Part shown: piece by piece, positions 1 to 13,417 of the stretch
Position numbering within the stretch: the first letter of the stretch is position 1
How the letters are laid out: the number at the start of each line of letters is the position of its first letter
Origin: Eledone cirrhosa
Lineage: Eukaryota
Reading direction: 5' to 3'
Assembly (NCBI GenBank): GCA_964016885.1
Contig: OZ024741.1
Span: forward strand, 165,912,001-165,976,000
Length of the DNA: 64,000 nt
Program-made: the position numbers and the translations under genes
The notes under the pieces: generated by a model
Told to the model about the DNA's origin: nothing
The model's input: only the letters and a program-made list of their open reading frames with translations
The model's database searches: none

Positions 1-189
1 CTGATTACAATCAGGGGTCGCTGCTTCTCCTGAAGGTCAATAGTTCTCTTCTAACTAGAGAGGGAGCGCCTTTCCATTATCAATTTGCATTGATCATCTG
101 CAAAGACGCAATGTTCCCAGAACCACTACACCAGTCTTTCGAAGTGTGCAGCTGAAACTACTGCCACCCATTAATTTGGCAGCATTTTT

Positions 190-395
190 TTCCCCCTTTT
201 TTTTTTAGATGGCCGTTGACTCTTGTGAGTTCTTCCGCCCTTTGTCAGGTTTTGTTTTTTTTCACGCAGGGTATCCAAAATCACCCTCCTCACCAAATAA
301 ACTTGGTGGGGTTGCCGGTTTAGTCGCCGACGACCCGACCATGCGACAGGTTGTACCCGGTTACATGCTACCAGTAGCACTCAAGAGTGACCTGA
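190..395 (-). mobile_element. 5' part of an RTE-associated non-autonomous element (same family as 40188-40792 and 53775-54240), with HDV-like fold at 315-392
   Basis: Reverse complement GGTCACTCTTGAGTGCTACTGGTAGCATGTAACCGGGTACAACCTGTCGCATGGTCGGGTCGTCGGCGACTAAACCGG aligns with 40188-40265 and 53775-53838. Confidence 0.6.
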
Positions 396-1126
396 GCTAT
401 TCGAAATCGCCCTAATTGGGGGAAGAGCAACCCCAGTACTTGACTGGTACTTTATCTAGCCGGGGCGAATGAAAGGTCAAGTTGACCTCGGCGGGATGGA
501 AAGAAATATTGATTACAAACTATTAAAAGCTCACATTGCTGCTGTAAATGCTGGAAATAGAGATAGTGAAGATACTCATGGGAAAGTATGTAACACAATG
601 AATGCTCAGAATTTGAACAATCTGCTCTAAAGACAAGTTGATCAGTTTTTTTTTTCTTTTGTTCTGCATTATTATTGAGCTTAGAATCACAGCCCATACT
701 CTGATCATTTTAGAATACTATAGCTTCAAAAGAAAAATATTATTAACATTGAAATTGGACTACATTCATGCGCTACTGCTACAGAGATAATTAACTACAT
801 AGTCATGAATATGTAAATGAACATTTGCCAATATATCAAGCAGATAAATGGCAACATTTATGTTTTCATTCATTAACCTAGTATGTTCAAAATATGAAAA
901 TCAGGAGAAATGTGGTCCCCATTTTATATTTTTAGGCCTAATTGTATGATGAGAAAACCGCAAGCTTGCGAAGTAACTAATGAACGGTTTTATCAACAAT
1001 AGTTTTGATGAGATTTACTTCAAACCTAACTTTGGGGCAGTTGCTAGTGATAAAGGCTGAATGTAATGCTCTATTCCTGCTGAAAAGTCTACTTTGCTTT
1101 TCATCATTTGTTTTGATAAAAATAAT

Positions 1127-1315
1127 TATAATTGTTTCTACTTTTGGCACAAGGCCAGCAATTATCCCAGTGCATTACTGGTACTTTATTTTATCGACCC
1201 CGTAAGGATGAAAGGCAAAGTTAACCTCGGCGGGATTTCAACTCAAACCGTAAAGAGACATAACTATGCTGCGAAGCATGGCGTCCGACCCTCTACCGAT
1301 AATGCCAATCCACCG
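1127..1315 (-). mobile_element. tRNA-derived SINE (dominant family in the window)
   Basis: A-box-like TGGCA(G/T)TATCGG, B-box-like GAGTT(C/G)AAATCCC, core CTTTGCCTTTCATCCTTACGGGGTCGATAAAATAAAGTACCAG; more than 15 copies in the window. Confidence 0.85.
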
Positions 1316-1607
1316 CCCAATGCCAGCAGTATGCTAGTTGATAAGGAAGAATCCATCACATACACGAGTGTGAGTCCGTGAAACATATACATATACACCA
1401 GGTCCGAACACAAAAGAACCAAAGTCCTATTGTCACTGCCTCCGTCTCTCCCGCTCTCCCCATCTATCACTATTATGAGCAAATGGCAGCTCACGCGCTG
1501 GCCGCCCTTCGGCCCTGTGTGCAACAAATGATTTCTCAAAACTGCCCGCTTATGGGCTCCATCAGTTCGACCGCCATCTGTTAGATTGGTAGTTTCTTAT
1601 CAGATAC

Positions 1608-1650
<43 letters not shown>

Positions 1651-1694
1651 CTCTCTATCTCCCCCCTCTCTCTCTCTCTCCCTCTCTCTCTCTA

Positions 1695-1738
<44 letters not shown>

Positions 1739-1744
1739 TCTCTC

Positions 1745-2700
1745 CTACACACTATCAATTCTGGTGTGCCCAGAGTTCGTTTTTGTCCCCCACGCCCTTA
1801 CTTCTCTTCCTGCCATCATGTACAACAAAGCCCACTCTTACGTAGATGATATCACCCTTTATCATCCATAATCTCCTCAACCATGTAACATCCACGCGTA
1901 ATCTTAAACTTCACACCAAGCCTGCACTGATTCCATGATTAGACCTGGAAAACATCCTCTAAATGGCCATGCCAACCTCCATTCTTTCTACACAAAAAAA
2001 AACCCGTTAAAAACAGTAATAAAGACAGTAAGAAAACATCATTGCAGCCTATTCTTCCTTAATCACGAATAACAATAACATACGACGTGAGCTGCCGTGG
2101 TCACTTCATATACTAAGTCGCACAATGACCCAGGATCTCTCATGAAGAACGCATCCTCAACATGGCTAGGCCCGCACCCCAACAATTGGTCCTTTTTAAG
2201 GACCAGAACATATTTCATCCCTCAACAATTAATGATCCTTTACAAAGCTCAGGTGAAACTCCCAAAGGAGTACTGGTTCCACATCAGGGGTGGAGCTGCT
2301 ATTGCTTGCACAGACATCCTAGACTGCACCTAAAAACAACACAATCGACTAATCAGTATAAAGTCACTCTCTGACATTCTCCAGCATCTGACCCACAGAT
2401 ATAGTGTCTCCTCCTTCTGCCGTTTACACTGTTACTACAATAGTCTCTGCTCCTCAGAGCTTCCTGAATTCATGTCACCTTTACTCAGACACTTCCAATT
2501 CAGTGGTTCTTTCTCCCACCATCCTACTTTTGCGATCATCCTCCAGACACTGCACTAACTACTATACCCAATCCTTCCTGTCCAGAACTCGAACCCAGTG
2601 GAACGCCCTCCTCCTGCTCACATATTTCCCAAAGGAGTGAACCTGCACAATTTAAAGAAAACATCAACAAAATCAATCTCTCGTACGCTATGTGAATATC
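1745..2700 (+). mobile_element. Degenerate LINE reverse-transcriptase fragments (CR1/Jockey-group-like)
   Basis: Remnant peptides INSGVP (motif B-like), QQLMILYKAQV..EY..HI.GG, SFLSRT..WNAL..FP, interrupted by stops and frameshifts. Confidence 0.6.
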
Positions 2701-3163
2701 ATGGGCACTGCTGTTTTTTTTATTTTATTAAAGTTGTCTCCCTTTGTTTCATGCGGGACAGGAAGTTAAGAGTTAAGAAAGTTATACTGAAGCAAATCGG
2801 AAGGGGGGGGGGGGGCTCTAAACTGTAGTGATGCCACAATGAGATTATGTGGAAGAACCAGGAAGCCATTTAGAAAATTCACAGATATATAAATCTAGGG
2901 TAAAGTGTGTGGAGGAAATAATTCAATATTTTCACTAATGAGGAGATAAGGAGGGGAAGTTAAGCGTTAAGGGAACAAGAGAGGGCGTAACAGGAAAGTA
3001 TAACGGAGAGAGAAAGTGTGAAATTAGATAAGAGAGGGTGAGAGTTAGAAAAAAGAAATAGAGAGAGCGGGAAAGAATGAGAATAACGGAGAAGTGTACG
3101 GTGGAATAAAGGCATGAGGTAGGAATAGATGAATAAATAAATACATATATAAATAAAATAAAT

Positions 3164-3200
<37 letters not shown>

Positions 3201-3202
<2 letters not shown>

Positions 3203-3277
3203 CAGTGTGTCCACAATAATGTATACACGCTTCAACAGCATTCTAATAATAACGTGTATACGTTTTTTTGGAACACC

Positions 3278-3282
<5 letters not shown>
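3201..3282. mobile_element. ~80-bp Tc1/mariner-type MITE within (TA)n; second copy ~19875-19982
   Basis: Imperfect TIRs TACAGTGTGTCCACAATAATGTATACAC / GTGTATACGTTTTTTTGGAACACCCTGTA with TA ends. Confidence 0.55.
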
Positions 3283-3339
<57 letters not shown>

Positions 3340-3410
3340 TATCCAAACGGAACCTGAACTGATAAGGTCTGGTTTCTGGGGTATGTCACTATTTATAAAA
3401 CATATTTTGT

Positions 3411-3470
3411 ATTTTATCTGATGAGAGCGTACCAAAGTTTTTGGTACCCTTGAAATATATATAATAAAAT
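3411..3470 (+). ncRNA. Type I hammerhead ribozyme (family A)
   Basis: ATTTTAT-CTGATGA-stem II (GTACCA/TGGTAC)-GAAA-TATATA-TA-ATAAAAT; palindromic minimal stem III. Confidence 0.75.
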
Positions 3471-3521
3471 AAATATGGTTTTATAAATATAGTTTCTATT
3501 TATTAATATCATTGATATATA

Positions 3522-3581
<60 letters not shown>

Positions 3582-3801
3582 GTAAAAGAGAGAGAGGGAA
3601 AGAAAGAATGAGAGTGAGAGAGGGGGGGAGAATGTTGGTAGGAGAACACTGTGTCTAAAATATTCCAATAAAATTTCAAAATATACTACATCATGTAGTA
3701 TAGTGATTGGAATTGCACAATGACGTGATGATAAACTGTTTCAAGTGTTACATTGCTTCATACACACAATACACACACACACACATATATATATGCATAT
3801 A

Positions 3802-3868
<67 letters not shown>

Positions 3869-3914
3869 ATATATATGCGTGTGTGTGTGTATATATATAT
3901 ATATATATGCGTGC

Positions 3915-3955
<41 letters not shown>

Positions 3956-3969
3956 AATATGTGTGTATG

Positions 3970-4000
<31 letters not shown>

Positions 4001-4039
4001 GTGTGTGTGTCTGTGTGTGGGGGGGGGGGGTGCGTGTGA

Positions 4040-4099
<60 letters not shown>

Positions 4100-4492
4100 G
4101 TGTGTGTGTGTGTGTGTTAAGGAAATGTTTAAATATCTAAAATTGTAATATTTCAGGTTGTCTACAACAGATGTAATTGCTGCACATTTATAAGATTGTT
4201 GACAGTCTTATAATGTACTCACACACTTATGCACATACTAACTTAGTTCCCGTAAAAAATGACAGGGCTTATAGTAAGAAAATATAAGCTTAATAATTCC
4301 TTGCTTACAACATTCTATGTAAAAATACTTGATTCTGCGATTATCCTTGAGCTTCGCCCTCTTGTCATTCTGGCCATTGACGTATTTTATTTTATATTCA
4401 TTTAAATCAATTAAAATAATTTTCATAGCTATTTTCTTTAATCACTATCAAAATAAATTACGATGATTTTGTTTGATCTATCTATCTATCTA

Positions 4493-4962
4493 AAACGAAA
4501 GCGAGGCTATGGTGAAAGAAGTTATATGGTGGACGAGGTTGAGAGGACTGAGGACAGATGCCTTTCTCTCCGGACAACAATTGATTCCCTTCTTTAAGTA
4601 TCACTTTAGAAGGAGAATCAGGGTGGAGAGAGAGGCACTGACCCCAGTAAATTTACTGAAAGGTGGGTGAATGAAGCGAAAATGGCCCGAGTGATTGGGC
4701 CTTTTCTGTTTATAAGCCTGTAGGTTGAGGAAGAGAGCAAAAGGAAGAAAGGAGCACTTGCACAACACGCTCCTCGAGTTGAGGGTTGTTCTATCGACGG
4801 GGTTTTAAACAACCCATTTGTGGCGCCTCCCCCCCCCCCCTATTGGGGATTTCGATTGTTGTAATTGTTTGTTTTTATATTTTTTACACGACTGTATGTA
4901 AAATCCCCGGCATGTCTTTGTATTGTCCCCTTTTCTTGTGCGCCCTTGTGGCTAATAAAGAA

Positions 4963-5004
<42 letters not shown>

Positions 5005-5005
5005 A
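4493..5005 (+). mobile_element. 5'-truncated Tx1/L1-like LINE 3' end with AATAAA and (TCTA)n tail
   Basis: Paralog of 5388-5880; flanked on both sides by (TCTA)n. Confidence 0.7.
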
Positions 5006-5009
5006 TATA

Positions 5010-5885
5010 CGACGTTCTCGGGGAAACTCTAGGCACCGAGGAAGACGAACTGACCAGTCTGTTCGGGAGGACTTTTCGTCCAGGGCCTATGGATAACTTC
5101 CAGAGGTCTCTGGCCTGGGAGTGCTACCGAGGAGCTCTACCAATTCGAGACAAAATCTACAGGCACGGATGCCCTAGCAGAGATCCTGCCAAAAGGGCCT
5201 GTCCAAGATGCGAGCAGGACATCGAAACCGTTCTGCACGCAATTGTTCAGTGCCCAGGGGTGACCGACCTGTGGAATTATGTCGAACAGCTACTGTCACG
5301 TGTAGGACGCATCCAGTTGTCAGCCGAGTCCACCGTGAGGATCACCTCGCCGCCTTCATTTAAGAATGAAGGAGAGGCGGTCTTCCTCTGTCTGGTGGCT
5401 ATGGCGAAAGAGGTAATATGGTGGACGAGGTTAAAAGGACTGAGGGCAAGCACCCTTCTCTCCGGACAAAAACTTATCCCCTTCTTTAAGTACGACTTCT
5501 GAAGGAAGGTGAGAGTGGAGAGAGAGGTGCTACACCCCAGTAAATTCGCTGAACGGTGGGTGAATGTGGCGAAAATGGCCCGAGTGAATGGGCCTTCTCT
5601 GTATATAAACCTGTAGGTTGAGGAAGATAAACAGAGGGAAGACGGGAACACCTCAAAACATGTTCCTGGTATCGAGGGTTGTTCTATCCACTGTGTGTAA
5701 AACAACCACGCAGTGGCGTTACCCCCCCCCCCCCATGGGGATTTCAACTGTTTTATTTTTATATAGTTTATTGTTATTTATCATTGTTAATGATTTTATG
5801 TAAATCCCCCGCCGTCACGTCTTGTAATGTCCCATTTTTGTACGCCCCTGTGGCAAATAAAGAAAGATATCTATCTATCTATCTA
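5010..5885 (+). mobile_element. 5'-truncated Tx1/L1-like LINE (C-terminal zinc-finger region of ORF2)
   Basis: ORF 4786-5502 contains CPRCEQDIETVLHAIVQCP..LW (zf-RVT-like) and KEVIWWTR; ends AATAAA plus (TCTA)n. Confidence 0.75.
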
Positions 5886-6038
5886 TCTGTCTATCTGTCT
5901 GTCTGTCTGTCTTCGGGCTTCCAGTGAGATTCCTGCGTTGTTGTTGTTATTATTATTGTTGTTCTTGTCCGAAGATAGACACATTGGTAAATATACATAA
6001 ATAGATAAGTAAGTAGGTAGGTAGATATATATATATAT

Positions 6039-6079
<41 letters not shown>

Positions 6080-6361
6080 GAATTGGTAGATAGAGATAGG
6101 CAGATAGAGATAGATTAAGAGACAGTTAGACAAACAGACCGACAGACAAATTGTCCGACGATAGATAGATACATAAGGACAGAGCTGTTAGCCACTGCAA
6201 CTCTGTGTGTATACACATATATATACACACACATATGGGCAGATATCTTTAGATAGTTGTTATACCACTGTTCAGAAGGGGAATATCACAACACATGCAT
6301 TTTCAAATCCCCCCCCCCCCCCCAATATATCATTAAGTGGTTATCACATGGCCTTGCGTTT

Positions 6362-6552
6362 TGGTGGTTTGGCAGTATCGGTAGAGAGTCGGACGCCATG
6401 CTTTGCAGCATAGAGTTACGCCCCTTTACGGTCTGAGTTCAAATCTCGCCGAGGTTAACTTTGCCTTTCATCCTTACGGGGTTGATAAAATAAAGTACCA
6501 GTAATGCACTGGGATAATTGCTGGCCTTGTGCCAGAAGTAGAAACAATTATT
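6362..6552 (+). mobile_element. tRNA-derived SINE
   Basis: Full copy with A/B boxes and the family core. Confidence 0.85.
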
Positions 6553-6553
6553 A

Positions 6554-6653
<100 letters not shown>

Positions 6654-6654
6654 T

Positions 6655-7666
6655 ATATACAATGATATTAAATAAATGGAAACTATATTTATAAAACCAT
6701 ATTTATTCTATTATATATATTTCAAGGGTACCAAAAACTTTGGTACGCTTTCATCAGATAAAATACAAAGTGTGTTTTATAAATTTTGACATAGCCAAGG
6801 AACATGCCCTAACGGTTGAAGTTTTCCTTGCATAGTGGAGTTAAAGATATTTCAAAATTGTTAAAATGAGTATGCAAATGAATATGTAAATGAGGTTGAG
6901 GTATAGGTTTGAAAAAAAAACGTTATTTTAGACGCTATGGGGAATTTAGATATGTGTTTGTATTAGTAGGAAGGAAAGAAAAAAGAAAGAAAAGAAAAAA
7001 GAAAAGAAGACCTTGTATTTACGTTAATTTTTGGGGAAAAATTTTAATATTTACCTATATTATGTATATACTTATATGGAGAATTATGTTTGTAAGTATT
7101 TATCTTATTACAATATTTTAGTAGGTTATATGTATAAATATCTGTATATATTAATAATTGCATATGTATTAAAGAGATATAGATAATTTACAATTATTAG
7201 TTGTTTATATTTCTAATATGAGTTCCGAGGGTTATTGATTTTGTGTTTTATGTAAATAAATAGGTGGTTCAAGTTGTGAGAGGAGAACAATTTATAGATT
7301 TGAATATTTTGTTCAGCATTGAAAATGTTTTCATAATATTGTTAATTTAGCGAAGTTACGTATATAAGTTTACACGATTGAGAAAGGAAAGATAACTCCA
7401 ATTTTGTTTGTTAATCGATAAATATGAAGAGTGATTTAGGAAATTATATATTATTTAGTGTGAGATTAATTATTTTAGTCGAAAGATGTGTGAATGTTTG
7501 AAAATCAAAAAAGAGAGGAGATACGTAATGTGCTTATCTAAGAAACTATCGTGAAGAGGATACATTTACTAATGTCAGTTAATGATTATCAGTCTACATC
7601 TAAAAAATATATCATTAGAGGGTGCATTAGAAAAATAATATAAGAATTAAAAATTAAAAATTAAAA

Positions 7667-7702
<36 letters not shown>

Positions 7703-7906
7703 TTAATTTTTAATTTTTAATTCTTATATTATTTTTCTAATGCACCCTCTAATGATATATTTTTTAGATGTAGACTGATATATATATACAAATATAAATT
7801 AGCGAGAATCGTATTTCGGCTTTGGAATTAGCGAAAAACAACTTCCGAGATGTGTGGCAAGCGCTCAATAATTCTGACGAACCAGAGCTACAACATACGT
7901 TAAAGG

Positions 7907-7941
<35 letters not shown>

Positions 7942-8830
7942 GAATTTTTGCTGAAAGGTAAACGTATTTTAAATATTAGATATTCACATTTAGAAATATC
8001 AAAATATTAAAAATTTTAAATTGTTAAAGAGGATAGGATCATTTTGAAGGTTTATAGGAATATTATAAATTAAACATAGTTCTGAACATGGAATTTTGGC
8101 GATGTCTGCAAGAAGAAAATAATTCTGTTCTGAGATTAATAGAGTTTTGACAGTTAATTATATAAAAAATTTCTTCGAAACACAATTTTCAGAATCTTGA
8201 TAAGTACGCAGGTGCTTCTGAAATCGTTTTCCAAGATATTGAATAGTCTATATTATTGCCTTTTAAGTTCCATATAAGATGTGAAAGTGAAGTAGAAGAT
8301 TTTTTTATCAGATCTTTTAAATGTATGATTATGGTTATTCGAGCGTTCTTTAAATTTTGTAGAAGTGGCACCAACATAGTTAAATATTTTATCTCTAGTT
8401 TTAACTGTGCATTTATAAACTACGTTTTTATCTAAACAATTATTTTGTAAAGGGGAGTTTGATTTGATTCTACAGTTACATTTTATGGAGTTGTTGCTCG
8501 GAACGGTACTATTATACTGAATATTGCTAGAAATATTATTATTGCTACTTTGGTTATTTTGGTTAGGGTTTAAATTTAAGTTTCTATTATTAATTCTATT
8601 TATATTTTGTGCTATGTTCATAGTAGTAGAGTAGGATAGTTTTATCGTATGTCTGTTAAAAATAGAGTGGTATCTGTGGGCTTTAGGAAAACATTTATCT
8701 AGTGCTTTAAAGAATAGCTTTGCTAAAGGTGTTTTAACGCTTAATGAGAATGGGGGGGGGGGGGGTACCAAATAATATTTCTAGTTCTAGTTTTTTTGTT
8801 TGGTTTAGTGTTTAAGTTAAATTGTTTATT
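6655..8830 (-). mobile_element. Fragmented Penelope-like element: GIY-YIG remnant (8189-8771) and 3' pLTR carrying a hammerhead
   Basis: Peptide CNCRIKSNSPLQNNCLDKNVVYKC..YVGATSTKFKER..NH..TF, LS.LIW.LK; downstream hammerhead on the same strand at 6705-6764; linkage of the pieces is inferred. Confidence 0.65.
6705..6764 (-). ncRNA. Type I hammerhead ribozyme (family A)
   Basis: RC: ATTTTAT-CTGATGA-AAGCGTACCAAAGTTTTTGGTACCCTT-GAAA-TATATA-TA-ATAGAAT. Confidence 0.7.
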
Positions 8831-9089
8831 ATTATTATAATTAATACTAGGATGATTTGCCATCCAGAAAACTTGTCGAGTGCTCTGAATCAGTTATAAA
8901 CATTTATATTTGTTGAATTACCAACAAATTGAATATCCCGTCTGCTTATATATATAATATATATATATATATATATTATTAAATAAGCTAATGGAACGGG
9001 CATTCGATTTATGAACATCGCTGTTTCTCGGTTCCTTTGTCACTCCAATTTTGGATTACCTCCTTGCTTGAAACTTTATTATGTAAGAC

Positions 9090-9165
9090 GCTGTCTGAAG
9101 AGAGCATGGCAGTAGCTTCTACGCTGAATTGCGTAGACAATGTCGTCCTCGAAATCTTCTAAACT
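9090..9165 (+). ncRNA. Degenerate long-stem-II hammerhead (relative of 48979-49066)
   Basis: GCTGT-CTGAAGA-GAG..ATGGCA..TCTACGC/GCGTAGA..TGTCGT..CTC-GAAA; 3' side of stems III and I decayed. Confidence 0.4.
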
Positions 9166-9704
9166 TTGTATTTCCTTATTCTGTAAATACTCCGTCACTC
9201 CTGTGTGGAAAATGCACGTTGAATTCCCACTTTTCCTGTGCGGGGTGTCATGGCAGAGTCCTAAGACACTCCTTCCAGAAAGTCCTATCAGTCTCCAATT
9301 GAGACTAATGGAGCTGATTGATGTTATTCAACTATCTTGCTCGTGGTCTACCACTGGGTCACCCACCGGTTGGCTTTGCTCGTAAAATCGTATATGTTCC
9401 TTTGTAAAAACAAATATAAGTACGCATATCCGATGAGATGTCGAAAAAGAATCGAGCTCCGCCACCTTGATTGTACATTAAATTGATCGATATCGAAACC
9501 ATTGTAATATGCAAATAAACTTTGTCCATATGCTATAACATATGGCTACGACTATTTTAATTCTACACACACACACATACACGCAGTATCAAATTAACAT
9601 CATCAAGTTTATTCCGGTGTGACGCGCGTTTCGCTATTGATCAGCTCAAGGTTCCATATTTCTAATTATATGTTTGTGCGTGTGAGTGTATGTGTGGGTG
9701 CGTA

Positions 9705-9748
<44 letters not shown>

Positions 9749-9764
9749 CACACAAGCACTACTA

Positions 9765-10125
9765 CATGCATACATGAATACATACATATATATATGCATG
9801 CATACATACATATATACATACATACATACAGACATACATACATACATACATACATACATACATACATACATGCATGCATGCATGCATGCATACATACATA
9901 CATACATACATACATACATACATACATACATACATACATACATACATGCATGCATGCATGCATACATACATACATACATGCATGCATGCATGCATACATA
10001 CATACATACATACATACATACATACATACATACATACATACATACATACATACACACATACATACATACATGCATGCATACATACATACATACATACATG
10101 CATACATACATACATACATATGTGT
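9765..10125. repeat. (CATA)n/(CATG)n microsatellite
   Basis: Direct inspection. Confidence 0.95.
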
Positions 10126-10144
10126 GTATAGAGTGTGCAAGGGC

Positions 10145-10688
<544 letters not shown>

Positions 10689-10741
10689 TATGTATGCATG
10701 TGTATATATATATATATATAAATATATATATGTACATATCT

Positions 10742-10783
<42 letters not shown>

Positions 10784-10931
10784 GGTGTAGATATATATAT
10801 ATATGCATACACATGCAATCTCTGTAATTAGCAACATTATTGATTTCAGACGACAATAAACATGGTTGACAATTTCTCAATGCGTGACTTGATTTTTACA
10901 TTGAGTTTCATAAATTAGAAAGAGAGAGAGG

Positions 10932-10986
<55 letters not shown>

Positions 10987-10989
10987 GAG

Positions 10990-11027
<38 letters not shown>

Positions 11028-11714
11028 ATGTAAAAAGTCCTCTGAAAATTGCGTAGCTTAACATTCCAATGGACACACAGAGTTATTGAGATTATATTTC
11101 TGTATTTCTATATTTTTATATGTAGAGATTGAGGTGAAGAATGGTGGTGTGTAAGAAGTAAGTCGTAATATTGAAATAATAACCACTTTCCAGCAAAAGA
11201 CAAGCTGCTGTGATTTATCTTGTTGACATTTATGAACATTGCAGGAGCTGGTTAACAGAAACGAACAGATAAAAATGGTAATTTTAGCTTTCTTTACGGA
11301 ATATTGATGAGATTTAAGGTGAGAAAATATACTCATGAAAGTCCCAATAATTTCACAGTAAATCTTATACATTAGTACTTAGATGTGTGGAATAAAGGGA
11401 ACTAAATGGAAACTCTTCACATAGACAATAGAAAAATAGGGAGAGCGACAGAGAGAAATAGAGATTGTATATGGTTCCTTGACTTATTAGCAACAACAGC
11501 CTAGTCTTCCTCAATTACATCATGCCATCTTAAAGATAGATAAACATATTGGTTAGATAGTCTAGGATACACCATATCTGACTTTAAAAAAAGAAAGATG
11601 AAATGACTTTAATCATAGGGGGACTGTTTGGTTTCTGATATACAAAAATGATGGTATTATCACAGTGGAAACCACTTTGGTCATAGGTCAGTGCCGAGGG
11701 ACCGTCCAGAATCA

Positions 11715-11754
<40 letters not shown>

Positions 11755-12244
11755 AACAACAAATTTTAATATAAATTTAATTATAAAGAGAAGAAACCAG
11801 AACAGTTTTCTCTGTGTTCCTTATACTTTGAAGAAGGGAATTTTAAGTGATAAAACATCAGGACAAAAGAAACAACTGCAACAAAAACAAAGATTACCAG
11901 CTAACTAAAATTTTCATTATATTCATCTTATCGTCCATTTTGCATCGTTTAGCCTTCTATCGCTTTCCACATTATATAATAACAACAGAATTAAGAAAAG
12001 GGATATATTATTAGTTGTCAGTAGATGGTTAGGGTGGAGAAAATGAAGTTGGGGCTGGGTGGATTAGGATAAGGAAAGTCGTTCATTGATACCCGTGGAT
12101 GAGGAAGTGCCTAGAATAAAGATTACCGTACTTCCCGGTGTCGAAGACGCTACTTTTTTCTTAAAATAAGTCTCAAAAATCTACCATGTGTCCTGGATGC
12201 TGAAGGCTGTTTATTATTTTTTTTCAAATTTTTGGTTGTCAAAA

Positions 12245-12480
12245 TTAGGTTGCGTCCTCGAGGACGAAGCGTCTTCGGCGCCGGGAAATACGGTAAGTTT
12301 CCCTTTCATTGTGACAAGTGAAGGTTGAAGTTTGATGTAAAATGATCCCACAAACGAAGAAATGATTGAAGGAATGGCCTGGTGAACTAAAATGATTTGC
12401 TACAGATTTAGAGATTGATTCACTGTACTTATGAACACTGGCAGAAAAACCACCCTTCGGGTGGTTTTCTGCTAGCATGT
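12245..12480 (-). mobile_element. Penelope-like GIY-YIG C-terminal remnant
   Basis: Peptide SVANHFSSPGHSFNHFFVCGI..ERE resembles the GIY-YIG C-terminal half of PLEs. Confidence 0.45.
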
Positions 12481-13417
12481 GTAGTGTGTATATTGATATT
12501 ATACACAAATATATATGCATGTAAATAAAATCGTAATTGACTATATACACAGAAATTGAACGAAGATTGTGTTACACTGTCTTCTGTAATCAGTAACTTA
12601 ATCCATGATACATTTAAAAAAAGACGACGTTATATATAAACTGCATTAGGAGAAAATTAACGAACGGAAATATATCCGATTATAAGTGTTATAATATAAC
12701 GACCGCTAACCGGAAGTGTTGACATTTGACAATTTTAAAGAAGTGAATCTTTAAATAAGCTATAAAATATATTTAATCAACAGCCACAAAATTTAGTACA
12801 TAAATTATGTAGTATTCATTCATTATTTATTCAAAATAATCCAACTTATTTTACAAACGGGGTAAAAAGATATATTCTGGATGCACTCCCGCACTCCTTT
12901 CTTTATTATAGTTAAGATGATGACGGCGCTCGTATAAACAGTCACCACTTCAGCTGTGGAGATGGCTGTTTTGAAAGCGTAGTAGCCAGAGTAAAAAATA
13001 GAGTGCAAAACGTTAAGGGAGTTATTACTGCTGCTGGCACCCACAGGAATCTCTGTGACAAGAGCATATGGTACAATGCTGTGTACGAAGTGCCTTATTG
13101 CATGGGAACGGTCCATTGGCATTGAATGTAAAGGAAAGAAATTAGGCTAGCATGTTTCACCGGATGTATAATGTTAGTGTGCATGAACGACGAGAAAGGA
13201 AAATGGCGTATGGAGGATGAGAGTTTGGTAAAGAAATGCCAAGCAATTCAAATGAAAAGAACCGGTGGAATAGGAAGATAGAGGAAGTCATGGCCAGAAG
13301 TAGTAAAGGGGCTGATCTTAGAATGTAGAACTTTACGAAGGAGGTGATGTGTTGGAAAAGACACATCTAATGTAAGCAAGCATAGAAAAACGAATGACAA
13401 TGTTGTTGACGAAGTCA

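Noticed and set aside
2935-4148. Many overlapping ORFs of [12 protein letters not shown] type here and throughout the window
   Set aside because: Translations of (TA)n, (TG)n and (CATA)n microsatellites, not genes
6368-6450. tRNA gene (A and B boxes)
   Set aside because: No cloverleaf; it is the head of a high-copy SINE
7795-7910. GAAA..CTGACGA in a repeat shared with 24882-25000, tested as a reordered hammerhead
   Set aside because: Stems I and III could not be formed; looks more like a coding remnant of a retroelement
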